DNA from: Candidatus Methylomirabilota bacterium
GTDB lineage: Bacteria > Methylomirabilota > Methylomirabilia > Rokubacteriales > CSP1-6
Assembly: GCA_046726415.1 (NCBI GenBank)
Contig: JBKPAK010000240.1
Location: 1-32,677 of the forward strand
Direction: 5' to 3'
DNA: 32,677 nt
Positions 9,016-18,949 of this stretch are shown piece after piece. The first letter of the stretch is position 1; the number at the start of each line of letters is the position of its first letter. Below the pieces are notes generated by a model. That model made no database searches. It saw only the letters and a list, made by a program, of their open reading frames with translations, and had not been told where the DNA came from. Made by a program: the position numbers and the translations under genes.

Positions 9016-12000
9016 TCAGCCGAGGACGACTCGGACGCGATGTGTGTTCCGGTCATCGGCGAGCGCAATGCTGCGCTCGCCGTTGAGGGAGGCGCCGTCG
9101 ACCTCCACTGACGCCACCCCCCGCGACACACCCCGCGGGTTCTCCACGGCGATGTCATAGCGCGCCGAGCGATAGCGGAACGCCATGTTGAATCCGGGCC
9201 ACGCACGCGGGATACACGGGTCGACCACCAGCTGCGCGCCCCGCAGCCGGAACCCGAGAATCGACTCCAGGCCGGCCCGATACATCCACCCCGCTGATCC
9301 CGTGTACCACGTCCAGCCCCCGCGGCCGACGTGCGGCGGCTCGGCGTAGACGTCGGCCGCGACGACGTACGGCTCGACCTTGTAGCGCTGGATGCCCCCG
9401 TCGGTGCTGGCGTGATTGATCGGATTCAACATCGCGAAGAGCTCGGCGGCTTTGTCCCCATCGCCGAGGGCCGCGAAGGCGATCGCCGACCAGACCGCCG
9501 CGTGCGTGTACTGCCCGCCGTTCTCCCGGACACCCGGCACATACCCCTTGATGTAGCCGGGCTCCAGGGACGTGTCGCCGAACGGCGGCGTGAAGAGCAA
9601 CACGACCCCGTCGGCGCGATGCACCAGGTGTTCGTCGACGGCCGCCATGGCCCGCGCTCGCCGGGCCGGGTCGGCGGCCCCCGAGATCACGCTCCAGGAC
9701 TGCGCGATCGAATCGATGCGGCAGGCGTCGTTGACGGCGGCGCCGAGCGGCGTCCCGTCGTCGAAATACGCGCGCCGATACCAGTGGCCGTCCCAGGCCT
9801 CGCGTTCGAGCGACTCCTTCAGCGCGCCCACGTACCCACGCCATCGCGCCGCGCGCTGGCCCTCCCCGCGCGCGTCGGCCAGCGTCGCCCACTCGGAAAG
9901 AACGGCGTGAAGGAACCACCCGAGCCAGACGCTCTCACCCTTCCCTTGGGCGCCCACCTCGTTCATCCCATCGTTCCAATCCCCCGTGCCCATCAGGGGC
10001 AGGCCGTGCGCTCCGGCCGTCAGGCTGTGGTCGAGCGCGCGCGCGCAGTGCTCGAAGAGCGTGCCCCACTCGTCGGAGGCGCGGGGCTCGAAGTACGACT
10101 CGCGCTGTTCCACGGCGAGCTTCGGCCCTTCGAGGAAGGGAATGACCTCGTCGAGGACGGCGCCATCGCCAGCGACCTCGACATACTGGGCGACCACGTA
10201 CGGAAGCCAGAGCAGGTCATCGGAGATCCGCGTCCGGACGCCGCGACCGCTGGGTGGATGCCACCAGTGCTGGACGTCGCCCTCGGCGAATTGCCGTGCC
10301 GCGGCGCGTAGCACATGCTCCCGCGCCAGCCCGGGCTCGGTCACCGCGAGGGCCATCACGTCTTGAAGCTGATCGCGAAACCCGTACGCGCCGCCCGCCT
10401 GATAGAACGCCGACCGCGCCCAGACCCGACACGCGAGCGTCTGGTACAGCAGCCAGCGGTTGAGCAAGATGTCCATGGAGCGGTCCGGCGTCGTGACTTG
10501 CACCGTGCCGAGCACCTCGTCCCAGCGGTCGCCGACCGCCCGCAAGACCGCCCCCACGTCACGCGTGCGATAGCGGACGATCAGCTCTCTCGCCCGCTCG
10601 GGGTTCTCCGCCTCGCCGAGGAAGAACACGACCTGCGCGCGGCCTCCAGCGGGCAGCGCGATCGCCGTCTGGAGCGCGCTGCACGGATCGAGACCGGCCC
10701 CGACCCGTCCCGAGAGCCGGTGTCCCGGCGCGAGGGCCGCCGGGTGATCCGGCGCGCCGTTGCGGCCGAGAAATTCCGTCCGGTCGGCGGTCCACGCCGT
10801 GTGCGTCCCGCTGAGGTCGGCAAAGGCGATGCGCGCACCGAACTCGCGCCTGCACGCGTTGCGCGCGAACATCGCGCCCGTCGACTCGTCGATCTCGGTG
10901 ACGACGAATGGCGCAGCGCCGCCCCGCGACACGCCCAGGACCCACTCGACGTAGGCGGTCACGGACAGCCGCCGCGGCCGTCCGGACTCGTTGGTCAGCG
11001 TGAGGCGCGAGATCTTGATGGAGTCGTCCAGCGGCACCAGCTGCAGCAGCTCGAGCGAGACGCCGTGCGAGACGTGCTCAAAGCGCGTGTAGCCCTGCCC
11101 ATGACGGATGACGTAGGGCGAGGTCGCCTCGTGGATCGGGAGCGCCGTCGGCCCCCACAGCTCTCCCGTCTCTTCGTCCCGGACGTAGATGGTCTCGCCC
11201 GGGGGATCGCTGACCGGATCGTTCGACCACGGGGTGAGCTGGTTCTCGCGACTATTGACCGACCACGTGTGGCCCGAACCCGACTCGGAGACCTGGAAGC
11301 CGAACCTCGGATTGGCGATCACGTTGATCCACGGCGCCGGCGTCCACCGCCCCTCACCGAGGACCGTCACATACTCGCGTCCGTCCTCCGCGAAGCCACC
11401 CAGGCCGTTGAAGAGCTCGAGATCCGACCGCCGGGTTGCCACGGCCGGCGGCACCGGAGCCGCCGCCGATCGCCGGAGCTGAGCGAGCGGAGTCGCGTCG
11501 GCTCGCGGCGCGCGCGCCATCTGCTCGGCCAGTGTTCCGCGCCGGCTCGACAGCACCGCGCGCGCCATGGACTGGAGCACGTCACGCTGCGGCGCCGTGA
11601 CGCGGTCTCCCCGCACGATGTACACGTTGCCGTGTGGCGCATGTCCATCGTGGGGTCCCGCCGACTGGCTCGTGCGAAGGAGCGTCTCCAGCAAGCCCTG
11701 CAGATCCTGAACGTAGGACGCCGCCCGCTCGTTCAGGATGACCAGATCGACCGCGAGCTGCTTCATCCGCCAGTACTCGTGCGCGCGGAGGAGCTGCCGC
11801 ACGATGCCCACGTCCTCGGGCTCGTCGATATGAACCAGCACGATCGGGAGGTCACCCGATATCCCGTGCGCCCACAACGCGTCGGCGGCCCCCGTCTGGC
11901 GCGTAAGGACATCCGCGGAAGGCCGGAGCGCCCGGTCCGAGTAGAGAACGCGGCTCGCCAGGCTCTGGAAGAGGTGGGCCTCGTCGGGCCCGATGCCGAG

Positions 12001-15000
12001 GTGGTGCTGTTGAACCTGCGCCTGCGTCCACGCCAAGGTCGCGGCGCGGTCGAACGTCGCCGCGTCGCGATACTTCTCGGCGAGGTCGACGGCCTCCGCG
12101 CGCGACGGGGCCACGAGCGTGGAGAAGGTGACGCGCACGGTGTGGCCTGGCGGCAGCCGCACGCGGCGGCGCAGGCTCACGATTGGATCGAGCACCGCGC
12201 CCACGGTGTTGGAGAGAGGCCGTCCGTCGACCACCGCCGCTGGTGTCCGGATCCCGCGGCCGCGGCCCAGGAACCGGGCGCGATCAGTCTCCCACTGCAG
12301 TTCGCCGACCGTCTCGCCGTCGACGACCGCCACGTGGGCCAGCCAGGCATGGGTCTCGCCGCGTGACCGAGCCCGGCGGGTCGCCAGCAGCGTGTCGAGT
12401 TCGGGGACGCACTCCGTCTCCACGCTCAGGTTGGAAAATGCCGGATGGGCGGCGTCCGCCGCCGGGGGCGCCAGCACCACCTCGGCGTACGACGTCAGCT
12501 CGACCTCCCGGCTCCACGCCCCGAGATTCGTGAGCGAGACGCGACGCACCTCGGCATCGTCCTCCGGCGACACGATCACCTGGAGCGTGGTGCTCAGGGG
12601 GCCGTCTCGACGGACGATCTCCACCCGATCCTCGGAGAACGTGACCTCGTAACTGTCCGGCTCGCCTCCGCGCGGCTGGTAACCGGCCGACCAGGTCTCG
12701 CCGCTTTCGACATCGCGAACGAACACGTACGTTCCCCACGCATCGCGGGTGACGTCTTCCTGCCATCGCGTGATCGCGAGATCGCGCCAGCGGCTGTATC
12801 CCGAGCCCGCCGTCGTCAGCATCACCGCATAGCGTCCGTTCGACAGCAGCTGGGTGCGCGGCCTCGACCCGTGCGGCGAGGTGAAGTGCCTCTCGACCGG
12901 CGGAACGAACGCGCGCACGTCGCCGACGGCCTGCACCTCGTCCGCGCGGGGCCGGGCGACCGCCACATCACGCGGCGTCCGCTCTTGCAGGAGCAGCTCG
13001 GTGGCCCGGACGCTGGGCTCAGAATGGAACCGCGCGCGCATGGTGCCGGCGTGGACGGCGTTCGCAATCGCCACGACCACCATGCCCTGGTGGTGCGCCA
13101 TGTAGGCGCGCACCACCGCGACCTCGACCCCATCCGGAAGCCGGGGCGCGGTGTAGTCGAGCGCCTCGTAGAAGCCGTAGGCGCCGCGGGCCCCGGCGGC
13201 TGCCAGGCGCCGGAAGTTTTGCACCGCCGCGGTCGGATCGATCATCGCCGCCAGGCCCGTCGCATAGGGCGCGATCACGACGTCTTCGCTGAGTCCGCGC
13301 CGCAGTCCGAGCCCCGGCACTCCGAAGTTCGAATACTGGTAGGTCATCTCCAGATCCCGCACGTTGTAGCCCGACTCCGACACCCCCCACGGCACGCCGC
13401 GCTCGGCGCCGTATGCGATCTGCCGGCCCACGACGAGCCGGGAGGTCTGGGCGAGCAGGCTTCCCGCCGGCGCGCGCATGACGAGCCCCGGCATCAGGTA
13501 TTCGAACATCGATCCCGACCAGGACACGAGCACCGAGTCCAGTTGCACCGGGGTGAGGGCCCGGCCCAGCCGGAACCAGTGCGAGACGGGGACGTCGCCC
13601 TTGGCGATCGCCACGAAGCTCGCCAGACGGGCCTCCGATGCGAGGAGGTCATACCGACCGGGGTCGAGACTGCCGTCCGCGACGCGGTACCCGATGGCAA
13701 ACAGCTTGCGCACGGGATCGAAGAGAAAGCCGAAGTCCATGGCGCCGACCAGCGCCTGCGCGCTCCCGGCGAGGCTCGTGAGGCGACGTTCGAGCGTGTC
13801 GGGCATGTCGAGGTCGCGCGCGTGGCTGTCCACGGTGGCGCAGAGCGCCTCCGCCCAGACGAGGACGTCTGGCTGCGCGCCCTGAGAATCGTCGGCAACC
13901 AGCGCTCGTGCAACGTCCAGCACCGTGCGAGCGTGGGCGTTCAGCGTCGTGAGCCGCGAGCCCCACGCCGACGAATCGCGCGGGAGTTCCCCAACCGCTG
14001 CCGTGACGGCGTCGAGCGCCTCGTCCAGGCGCTTGCGGATGACGGTGCGCGGGCGGGTCTCACCGCCCGCCGCCACGGTCGAGAGGCGGACGAGCTGCGC
14101 AGTGTCTTCGATTCCGGCGAGCGCCACGCGGTCGAGGCGCGGGCGGTCGATCATCTCCCGACAGGCGTGCCCGAGCGCGATGAGATGACCGGCGAGATTT
14201 CCGCTGTCGACCGATGACACGTACTTCGGGTCGAGAGGATGACCGTCTTTCGTGTCGTACCAGTTGTAGAAGTGACCGCGGAAGCGCTCGAGGGTGTTCA
14301 CCGTCGCCAGCGTGGCTTCGAGACGCTCGACGGTGTCGAGTGTGCCGAGCCACCCGAAATCGCGCGCGGCCACCGTGGACAGCAGATACAGTCCGATGTT
14401 CGTGGGCGACGTGCGATGCGCCACCACCGGGTTCGGCGTTTCCTGGAAGTTGTCGGGCGGCAACGCGTGGTCTTCGGGGCCGACAAACGTCGCGAAGAAC
14501 CGCCACGTCCGACGCGCGACCACCCGGAGGGCTCGCGCGTCCGCTGCCGAGAGCGGCTGGGTGGGCGCCGTGCTCCGCGGCACGCTGATCCAGCGCGCCA
14601 CCGCGGGCGACGCGACCCATAGCATCAGAAAGGGCAGCGCGGCGGGCCAGGCCTCTGGTCGCCCCAACGCGATAGCCACCGCCGCCGCGGCGGCGAGGGC
14701 GACCCCGCCGCCCATTCGGCGGCAGAAGCCACGGAGATCGAGACGGAGACCGGCCTTCGCCTGCGCCGCGGTCACCCATTCCAGCAGCCGGCGATGCGTG
14801 ACGTACACGCGGACCAGCGTCCGCACGATCGCATCACTCATCAGCCAGGCCTGGTACGTCAGCATCGCAATCGTGAGCCCGATCTGGGCGGCGGCCTGGA
14901 CGACATCGCGGCCGACCGCGCGGACATGGCTGCGCTTCGAGATGCCGCGCCGGTGCGGCATCAATCCGTCCAGCACGGCCAAGAGCGCAGGCCCGGCGAC

Positions 15001-17472
15001 GGTGGCGAGGATGAAAGTGCTCCACATCGCGGGCGACGTGCCTGGCGTCATCCACGCGACGACGAGGGTCAGAAAAGCGGCCGGCGCCGATACCGTGCGA
15101 CGGAGGTTGTCCAGCATCTTCCAGCGCCCGATCACCGGGATCCGGCTGCCCAGAATCCACGGAAGTAGCTGCCAGTCGCCGCGCGCCCATCGGTGCTGGC
15201 GCGCCGCCGCCACCCCGTAGTGCGATGGCGCGCTCTCGAACAACTCGACATCGGTCACGAGCCCGGCGCGCGCAAAGACGCCCTCGAAGAGGTCGTGGCT
15301 CAGCAGCGCGTTCTCGGGCACCCGTCCGGCCAGTGCCGCTTCGAACGCGTCCACGTCGTAGATTCCTTTGCCGGTGTATGAGCCCTCCCCCCAGAGGTCC
15401 TGGTACACGTCGGACACCGCCGCCGCGTAGGGGTCGATGCCGGCCGGGCCGGACGACAGACGCTGGAAGAACGAGCCCTCGCGCCCGGGGAGCGGCGGCG
15501 TCACGCGCGGCTGAAGCACCGCGTATCCTTCGACGACGCGCCGCCCTCCGGGATCGAACCGCGGTCGATTGAGGGGATGCGCCATCGTGCCGACCAGCCG
15601 CTCGACCGCGCCTCTGGGCAGCCGCGTGTCAGCGTCGAGGGTGATGACGTAGCAGACGCCAGCGGGCGCGACGGCGCCCGTGGGCACGAAGCTGGTGTCC
15701 GTCGCCCCACGCAGGAGGCGATTCAGCTCGTGGAGCTTGCCCCGCTTGCGCTCCCACCCCATCCACACGCCCTCGCGCTCGTTCCAGAGCCGCCGGCGGT
15801 GAAAGAGGAAAAACCGCTCGCCGCCATCCGGCGCGGGGCCGTGACGCCGGTTCAGACGCGCGACCCCCTCGCGTGCCGCCCCCAGCGTTCCGTCGTCACC
15901 TGGCACGCTGTCCGTGGGCGCGTCCGTCCAGTCGGAGAGGAGGGCGAAGCGAAGATCGCCGTCCGGATTGGCCAGGTAATGCACTTCGAGCCGCTCGATC
16001 TGCTCCTCGACTTCGACGACGTCGGTCAGCAGCATGGGCACGACGACCATGGTTCGCAGATGCGGCGGCACGCCGTCGCGCAACTCGAGCCGCGGCAGCA
16101 CACTCGGCGTGACGAATGCGGTGACGCTTCGATTCAGCAGCGCGATGGCCAGGTCCGAGGCCGGCACGACAGCCAGCAGTGCGAGCACGAGCAGGCCCAC
16201 CGGTCCAACGCCGGATGCCCCGGCCGCGAGGAGGGGCAGGGTGAACATGAAGCCACTGAGGACAGCGATCGTTGCCAGATACCCGGGCGTCGCCGCCGCG
16301 AGGTAGGCGCGAAGCAGCCGGCGCATTGGCGGCGCTCGGTGGTCAAGCGTCAGCTCGAGGGCCCGGCGTCCGTTGCCAATGAGATAGAAGCCGGGATCGT
16401 TCCGCCGGTCGTCGTGCCCGTCCGCGCGGAGCGTGTGAGCCATGGCCTCGCGCGCGACCTCCAGCTCGGACCGGCCCGAACCCCGCGCGAGCTCTTCGAC
16501 CGCGTGCCGGTAGCCGTTGCGCGTGGGGAAGTCCAGCGCGGCGTAGTTCGGGCCGGCGTGCAGCACCTCGTCGACGAGGCTGACGGTCTCGAAGAACTCC
16601 GTCCAGTCCAGCGCCGACATCAGGCTCATGCTCATGATCACGTTGCGGACGGTCACGTTCATGGCGGCCTGCCGCTGATGCTCGACGCGGACGATGTCCT
16701 CGGAAGTCGTTCCCTGCGCCTGCAGTCGTTGGTCGAGCCAGTGAAGCGCCGGCGTCACTGCGCGATCTTGCTCCCGCAGCCGCTGGACGAGCTGCACCGC
16801 GAAGGCGGTCACCAGCGGGCCGCCCTCGAATTGTGCGAGGCCCCGCGCCGTGGGTGCGACGGCACCGTCGCCCACGCCGAGCAGCTCATCGGCCAGGGCG
16901 TCGGCCTCCTGGCGTGCCGCGCGCCCGCGCACGATGCTCTCCGCCAAGCGCCGAAGATTCTCGACGAGCACGATCCGCAGGGTGATGGCCACCGCCCACA
17001 GCTCGCCAATCGTCAGCGGCTGCACGCGCTGGTACGCGTGCAGGAACCGTCGGAACCACTCGGGATTGAACCGGCTATCAGTGTGGGCCACGAACGCCCA
17101 GGCGATTCCATAGACACGCGGATAGCCCGCAAGCGGTCCCTCGGCCAGCTTGGGCAGCTCCCGATAAAACCCCGGCGGCAGGTCGGCGCGGATCTCGCGC
17201 AGCTGTTCGTCCACGATGTGGAAGTTGTCGACGAGCCATTCCGCCGCCGGCGTGATCGCGCGCTCCTCACGGATGGCGTTGGCGATCACGCGGTACGCCT
17301 GGCGGAGCACGCGACCGTTGTCCCCGACGCGCGGCAACAATCGCCGGCCCCGGCCCGACCGCCGGGTGACGCGCTGGGCGATCGCCAGGCTCTCGGCGTG
17401 CTGCTCGAGGCGCTCGATGCCGAAGAGCTCGGCGCGGATCGGGTCTTCGAAAGATTTTCGGGCGATCGGCAG
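9016..17472 (-). CDS. ndvB: Cyclic beta-1,2-glucan synthase/phosphorylase (NdvB/ChvB/Cgs; GT84 plus GH94); start uncertain, proposed CTG at 17472
   Basis: PIRAELFGIERLEQHAESLA, AAEWLVDNF, WMGWERKRGKLHELNRLLRG, LLSHDLFEG, RQHRWARGDWQLL, RTSPTNIGLY, SWSGSMFEY, FYQAGGAYGFRDQLQD, GDWNDGMN, RENGGQYTHAA, GRGGWTWYTGSAGW. Confidence 0.95.
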   Translation of the reverse strand: MPIARKSFEDPIRAELFGIERLEQHAESLAIAQRVTRRSGRGRRLLPRVGDNGRVLRQAYRVIANAIREERAITPAAEWLVDNFHIVDEQLREIRADLPPGFYRELPKLAEGPLAGYPRVYGIAWAFVAHTDSRFNPEWFRRFLHAYQRVQPLTIGELWAVAITLRIVLVENLRRLAESIVRGRAARQEADALADELLGVGDGAVAPTARGLAQFEGGPLVTAFAVQLVQRLREQDRAVTPALHWLDQRLQAQGTTSEDIVRVEHQRQAAMNVTVRNVIMSMSLMSALDWTEFFETVSLVDEVLHAGPNYAALDFPTRNGYRHAVEELARGSGRSELEVAREAMAHTLRADGHDDRRNDPGFYLIGNGRRALELTLDHRAPPMRRLLRAYLAAATPGYLATIAVLSGFMFTLPLLAAGASGVGPVGLLVLALLAVVPASDLAIALLNRSVTAFVTPSVLPRLELRDGVPPHLRTMVVVPMLLTDVVEVEEQIERLEVHYLANPDGDLRFALLSDWTDAPTDSVPGDDGTLGAAREGVARLNRRHGPAPDGGERFFLFHRRRLWNEREGVWMGWERKRGKLHELNRLLRGATDTSFVPTGAVAPAGVCYVITLDADTRLPRGAVERLVGTMAHPLNRPRFDPGGRRVVEGYAVLQPRVTPPLPGREGSFFQRLSSGPAGIDPYAAAVSDVYQDLWGEGSYTGKGIYDVDAFEAALAGRVPENALLSHDLFEGVFARAGLVTDVELFESAPSHYGVAAARQHRWARGDWQLLPWILGSRIPVIGRWKMLDNLRRTVSAPAAFLTLVVAWMTPGTSPAMWSTFILATVAGPALLAVLDGLMPHRRGISKRSHVRAVGRDVVQAAAQIGLTIAMLTYQAWLMSDAIVRTLVRVYVTHRRLLEWVTAAQAKAGLRLDLRGFCRRMGGGVALAAAAAVAIALGRPEAWPAALPFLMLWVASPAVARWISVPRSTAPTQPLSAADARALRVVARRTWRFFATFVGPEDHALPPDNFQETPNPVVAHRTSPTNIGLYLLSTVAARDFGWLGTLDTVERLEATLATVNTLERFRGHFYNWYDTKDGHPLDPKYVSSVDSGNLAGHLIALGHACREMIDRPRLDRVALAGIEDTAQLVRLSTVAAGGETRPRTVIRKRLDEALDAVTAAVGELPRDSSAWGSRLTTLNAHARTVLDVARALVADDSQGAQPDVLVWAEALCATVDSHARDLDMPDTLERRLTSLAGSAQALVGAMDFGFLFDPVRKLFAIGYRVADGSLDPGRYDLLASEARLASFVAIAKGDVPVSHWFRLGRALTPVQLDSVLVSWSGSMFEYLMPGLVMRAPAGSLLAQTSRLVVGRQIAYGAERGVPWGVSESGYNVRDLEMTYQYSNFGVPGLGLRRGLSEDVVIAPYATGLAAMIDPTAAVQNFRRLAAAGARGAYGFYEALDYTAPRLPDGVEVAVVRAYMAHHQGMVVVAIANAVHAGTMRARFHSEPSVRATELLLQERTPRDVAVARPRADEVQAVGDVRAFVPPVERHFTSPHGSRPRTQLLSNGRYAVMLTTAGSGYSRWRDLAITRWQEDVTRDAWGTYVFVRDVESGETWSAGYQPRGGEPDSYEVTFSEDRVEIVRRDGPLSTTLQVIVSPEDDAEVRRVSLTNLGAWSREVELTSYAEVVLAPPAADAAHPAFSNLSVETECVPELDTLLATRRARSRGETHAWLAHVAVVDGETVGELQWETDRARFLGRGRGIRTPAAVVDGRPLSNTVGAVLDPIVSLRRRVRLPPGHTVRVTFSTLVAPSRAEAVDLAEKYRDAATFDRAATLAWTQAQVQQHHLGIGPDEAHLFQSLASRVLYSDRALRPSADVLTRQTGAADALWAHGISGDLPIVLVHIDEPEDVGIVRQLLRAHEYWRMKQLAVDLVILNERAASYVQDLQGLLETLLRTSQSAGPHDGHAPHGNVYIVRGDRVTAPQRDVLQSMARAVLSSRRGTLAEQMARAPRADATPLAQLRRSAAAPVPPAVATRRSDLELFNGLGGFAEDGREYVTVLGEGRWTPAPWINVIANPRFGFQVSESGSGHTWSVNSRENQLTPWSNDPVSDPPGETIYVRDEETGELWGPTALPIHEATSPYVIRHGQGYTRFEHVSHGVSLELLQLVPLDDSIKISRLTLTNESGRPRRLSVTAYVEWVLGVSRGGAAPFVVTEIDESTGAMFARNACRREFGARIAFADLSGTHTAWTADRTEFLGRNGAPDHPAALAPGHRLSGRVGAGLDPCSALQTAIALPAGGRAQVVFFLGEAENPERARELIVRYRTRDVGAVLRAVGDRWDEVLGTVQVTTPDRSMDILLNRWLLYQTLACRVWARSAFYQAGGAYGFRDQLQDVMALAVTEPGLAREHVLRAAARQFAEGDVQHWWHPPSGRGVRTRISDDLLWLPYVVAQYVEVAGDGAVLDEVIPFLEGPKLAVEQRESYFEPRASDEWGTLFEHCARALDHSLTAGAHGLPLMGTGDWNDGMNEVGAQGKGESVWLGWFLHAVLSEWATLADARGEGQRAARWRGYVGALKESLEREAWDGHWYRRAYFDDGTPLGAAVNDACRIDSIAQSWSVISGAADPARRARAMAAVDEHLVHRADGVVLLFTPPFGDTSLEPGYIKGYVPGVRENGGQYTHAAVWSAIAFAALGDGDKAAELFAMLNPINHASTDGGIQRYKVEPYVVAADVYAEPPHVGRGGWTWYTGSAGWMYRAGLESILGFRLRGAQLVVDPCIPRAWPGFNMAFRYRSARYDIAVENPRGVSRGVASVEVDGASLNGERSIALADDRNTHRVRVVLG

Positions 17473-17621
17473 GCCGCCTTTCTGCAGGAGTGAGAGGGAG
17501 GGTGCGCTCAGGGTAGCACTGGCGCTCGGCCCGGCGAGGGGAAAGCGGGTGCCATCAAAGAGGCGGTGGTCTCCGCACGGAGGCCCGCCCCCGGGCTCCG
17601 CATTGACCGCAGGGAACGGCC

Positions 17622-17867
17622 GCGACCGGCTACCTGGGCGACATCGGCGTGCCGGCGACCGTCGCGCCGATGGACTTCGCCGCCTGGCTCGAGGCCTACG
17701 TGGGCGACACCTGGCATACCCTCGACGCCCGCCACAATCAGCCCCGGATCGGGCGCCAGCTCATCGCGCGCGGCCGCGACGCCGTAGATGTCGCGCTCAC
17801 GACCGCCTTCGGCCCGGCGAACCTCACGCGGTTCACCGTCTGGACCGACGAGGCCCCAGGTCCCTGA
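17622..17867 (+). pseudogene. C-terminal remnant of a transglutaminase-like protein
   Basis: ATGYLGDIGVP...PMDFAAWLEAYVGDTWHTLDARHNQPRIGRQLIARGRDAVDVALTTAFG; the N-terminal part with the catalytic Cys is absent. Confidence 0.8.
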
Positions 17868-17974
17868 CCTCGATCAATCGAGGGCGCTGATCGGCTCGGC
17901 CTCTCTCGGGGCACGCGGGAGGCCCGCGCTGGAAGAACAAGGGCTGAACCCTGATCGGTATGCCTCCCGCCTCT

Positions 17975-18019
17975 TCAGGGCCCGGCCCGTCGGGCCGGCC
18001 CGACCATGGCGAAATCCAT
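17975..18019 (-). pseudogene. Remnant start of a GlsB/YeaQ/YmgE gene (MDFAMV..., early stop)
   Basis: Start and leader (gaaatccatgattcttttcctt) nearly match those of the intact copy at 24420 (gagatccatgattcttctcctt; MDLAMV). Confidence 0.6.
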
Positions 18020-18058
18020 GATTCTTTTCCTTCTCCGAGGGCACCCTTCAGGTTTCCC

Positions 18059-18110
18059 TTGACAGACTATATAGCACGTAATAAATTATATAAGAGCAAT
18101 AAATTATATG
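18059..18110 (+). promoter_or_regulatory. Sigma70-type promoter TTGACA-N17-TAAATT overlapped by a TATATA-N13-TATATA-N12-TATATG array
   Basis: TTGACA 18059-64, TAAATT 18082-87; TATATA 18068-73 and 18087-92, TATATG 18105-10; the same layout occurs at 24476-24527. Confidence 0.7.
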
Positions 18111-18145
18111 AAGGTGGAAAGAGCAATAAATTATATGAAGGTGGA
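18092..18145 (+). repeat. Perfect 27-bp tandem duplication AAGAGCAATAAATTATATGAAGGTGGA x2
   Basis: Copies at 18092-18118 and 18119-18145. Confidence 0.95.
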
Positions 18146-18203
18146 TCCGAGCGCCCACCGTCTGACGGACGGGCAGGCGGCTCGACACGGAACGGGAGGG
18201 GTG

Positions 18204-18521
18204 ATGCTCGCGAACAAGACCAGAGTCCTTCTCATTCTCCCCCGCGACCTTCTGGATCGGGCCCGGGTCCTGGCGGGAAAGGCGACCGTGGCGTTGAGGC
18301 TCCCCGTGAGCCTGCAGATTGTCCTCCGGGCCCTGATCGGGGAGGGGCTGAAGCGCACCGACGACCCCGCCCTCCTCGCCAACGTGGAGGGGCAGGCCAA
18401 CGCGGTCCGCCAGATTCGGAGCGCGGGGCGTCAAGGCGTGGGGGCCCAGGAGAAAGACGGAAATCGAGCTCCGGAATCCGGCGATGGGCGAGCGGTCGTG
18501 CGCCAGAGGCGCCGGACGTGA
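18204..18521 (+). CDS. RHH-like putative regulator (cassette copy 1)
   Basis: MLANKTRVLLILPRDLLDRARVLAGKAT...LPVSLQIVLRALIGEGL; GGGAGG RBS; 56 of the first 69 residues identical to 30977..31297 by manual alignment. Confidence 0.8.
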   Translation: MLANKTRVLLILPRDLLDRARVLAGKATVALRLPVSLQIVLRALIGEGLKRTDDPALLANVEGQANAVRQIRSAGRQGVGAQEKDGNRAPESGDGRAVVRQRRRT

Positions 18522-18634
18522 GGAGGGGTGCGCCGCGATCCAGCGAAAGAGGAGTCGGCGCGCAGGGGGCTCGACGCCCATCACACGTGACGACGACGAA
18601 CGCTGAGGACGAGCGGCTGAGCAGGGAGACGACG

Positions 18635-18910
18635 ATGTCGAAATGGATCGGTTTGACCGTCTTGGTCGCGGCGCTAGCCATGATGGCTCTCGGGTGCGCC
18701 CAGCAGCCGTAGACGACGGCAGCGGAAACTGACTAGATCTAACACGGTGACGCCAGCGTCGGTGCAGGTGAAGGCCGCAATCGTGACGGGCGAAGTCACG
18801 GAGATGAAGGTCACGGAGCGGGTCGAGAAACGCTCCATCCGTGTCGTCGCCAAGTTCTCCCCGTGCGGTAGCCGCGAGCGGATCGACCCCGCGGGCCGCG
18901 CCAAGACGCT
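18635..18910 (+). pseudogene. Lipoprotein pseudogene paralogous to the C-terminal domain of 4819..5652
   Basis: MSKWIGLTVLVAALAMMALGCAQQP*, then a frameshift, then VTPASVQVKAAIVTGEVTEMKVTERVE..RVVAK joined by deletion to FS..GSRERIDP. Confidence 0.85.
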
Positions 18911-18949
18911 ATCGCGCTTGGGTCTTCGGCGCCTGCCCGCAACGCGGGC

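Noticed and set aside
10315-17493. Several 590-680 aa plus-strand ORFs
   Set aside because: They are antisense shadows of ndvB caused by GC-rich codon bias.
18060-18145. Short repeats as a possible CRISPR array
   Set aside because: There are only two adjacent 27-bp copies, no spacers, and no cas genes.
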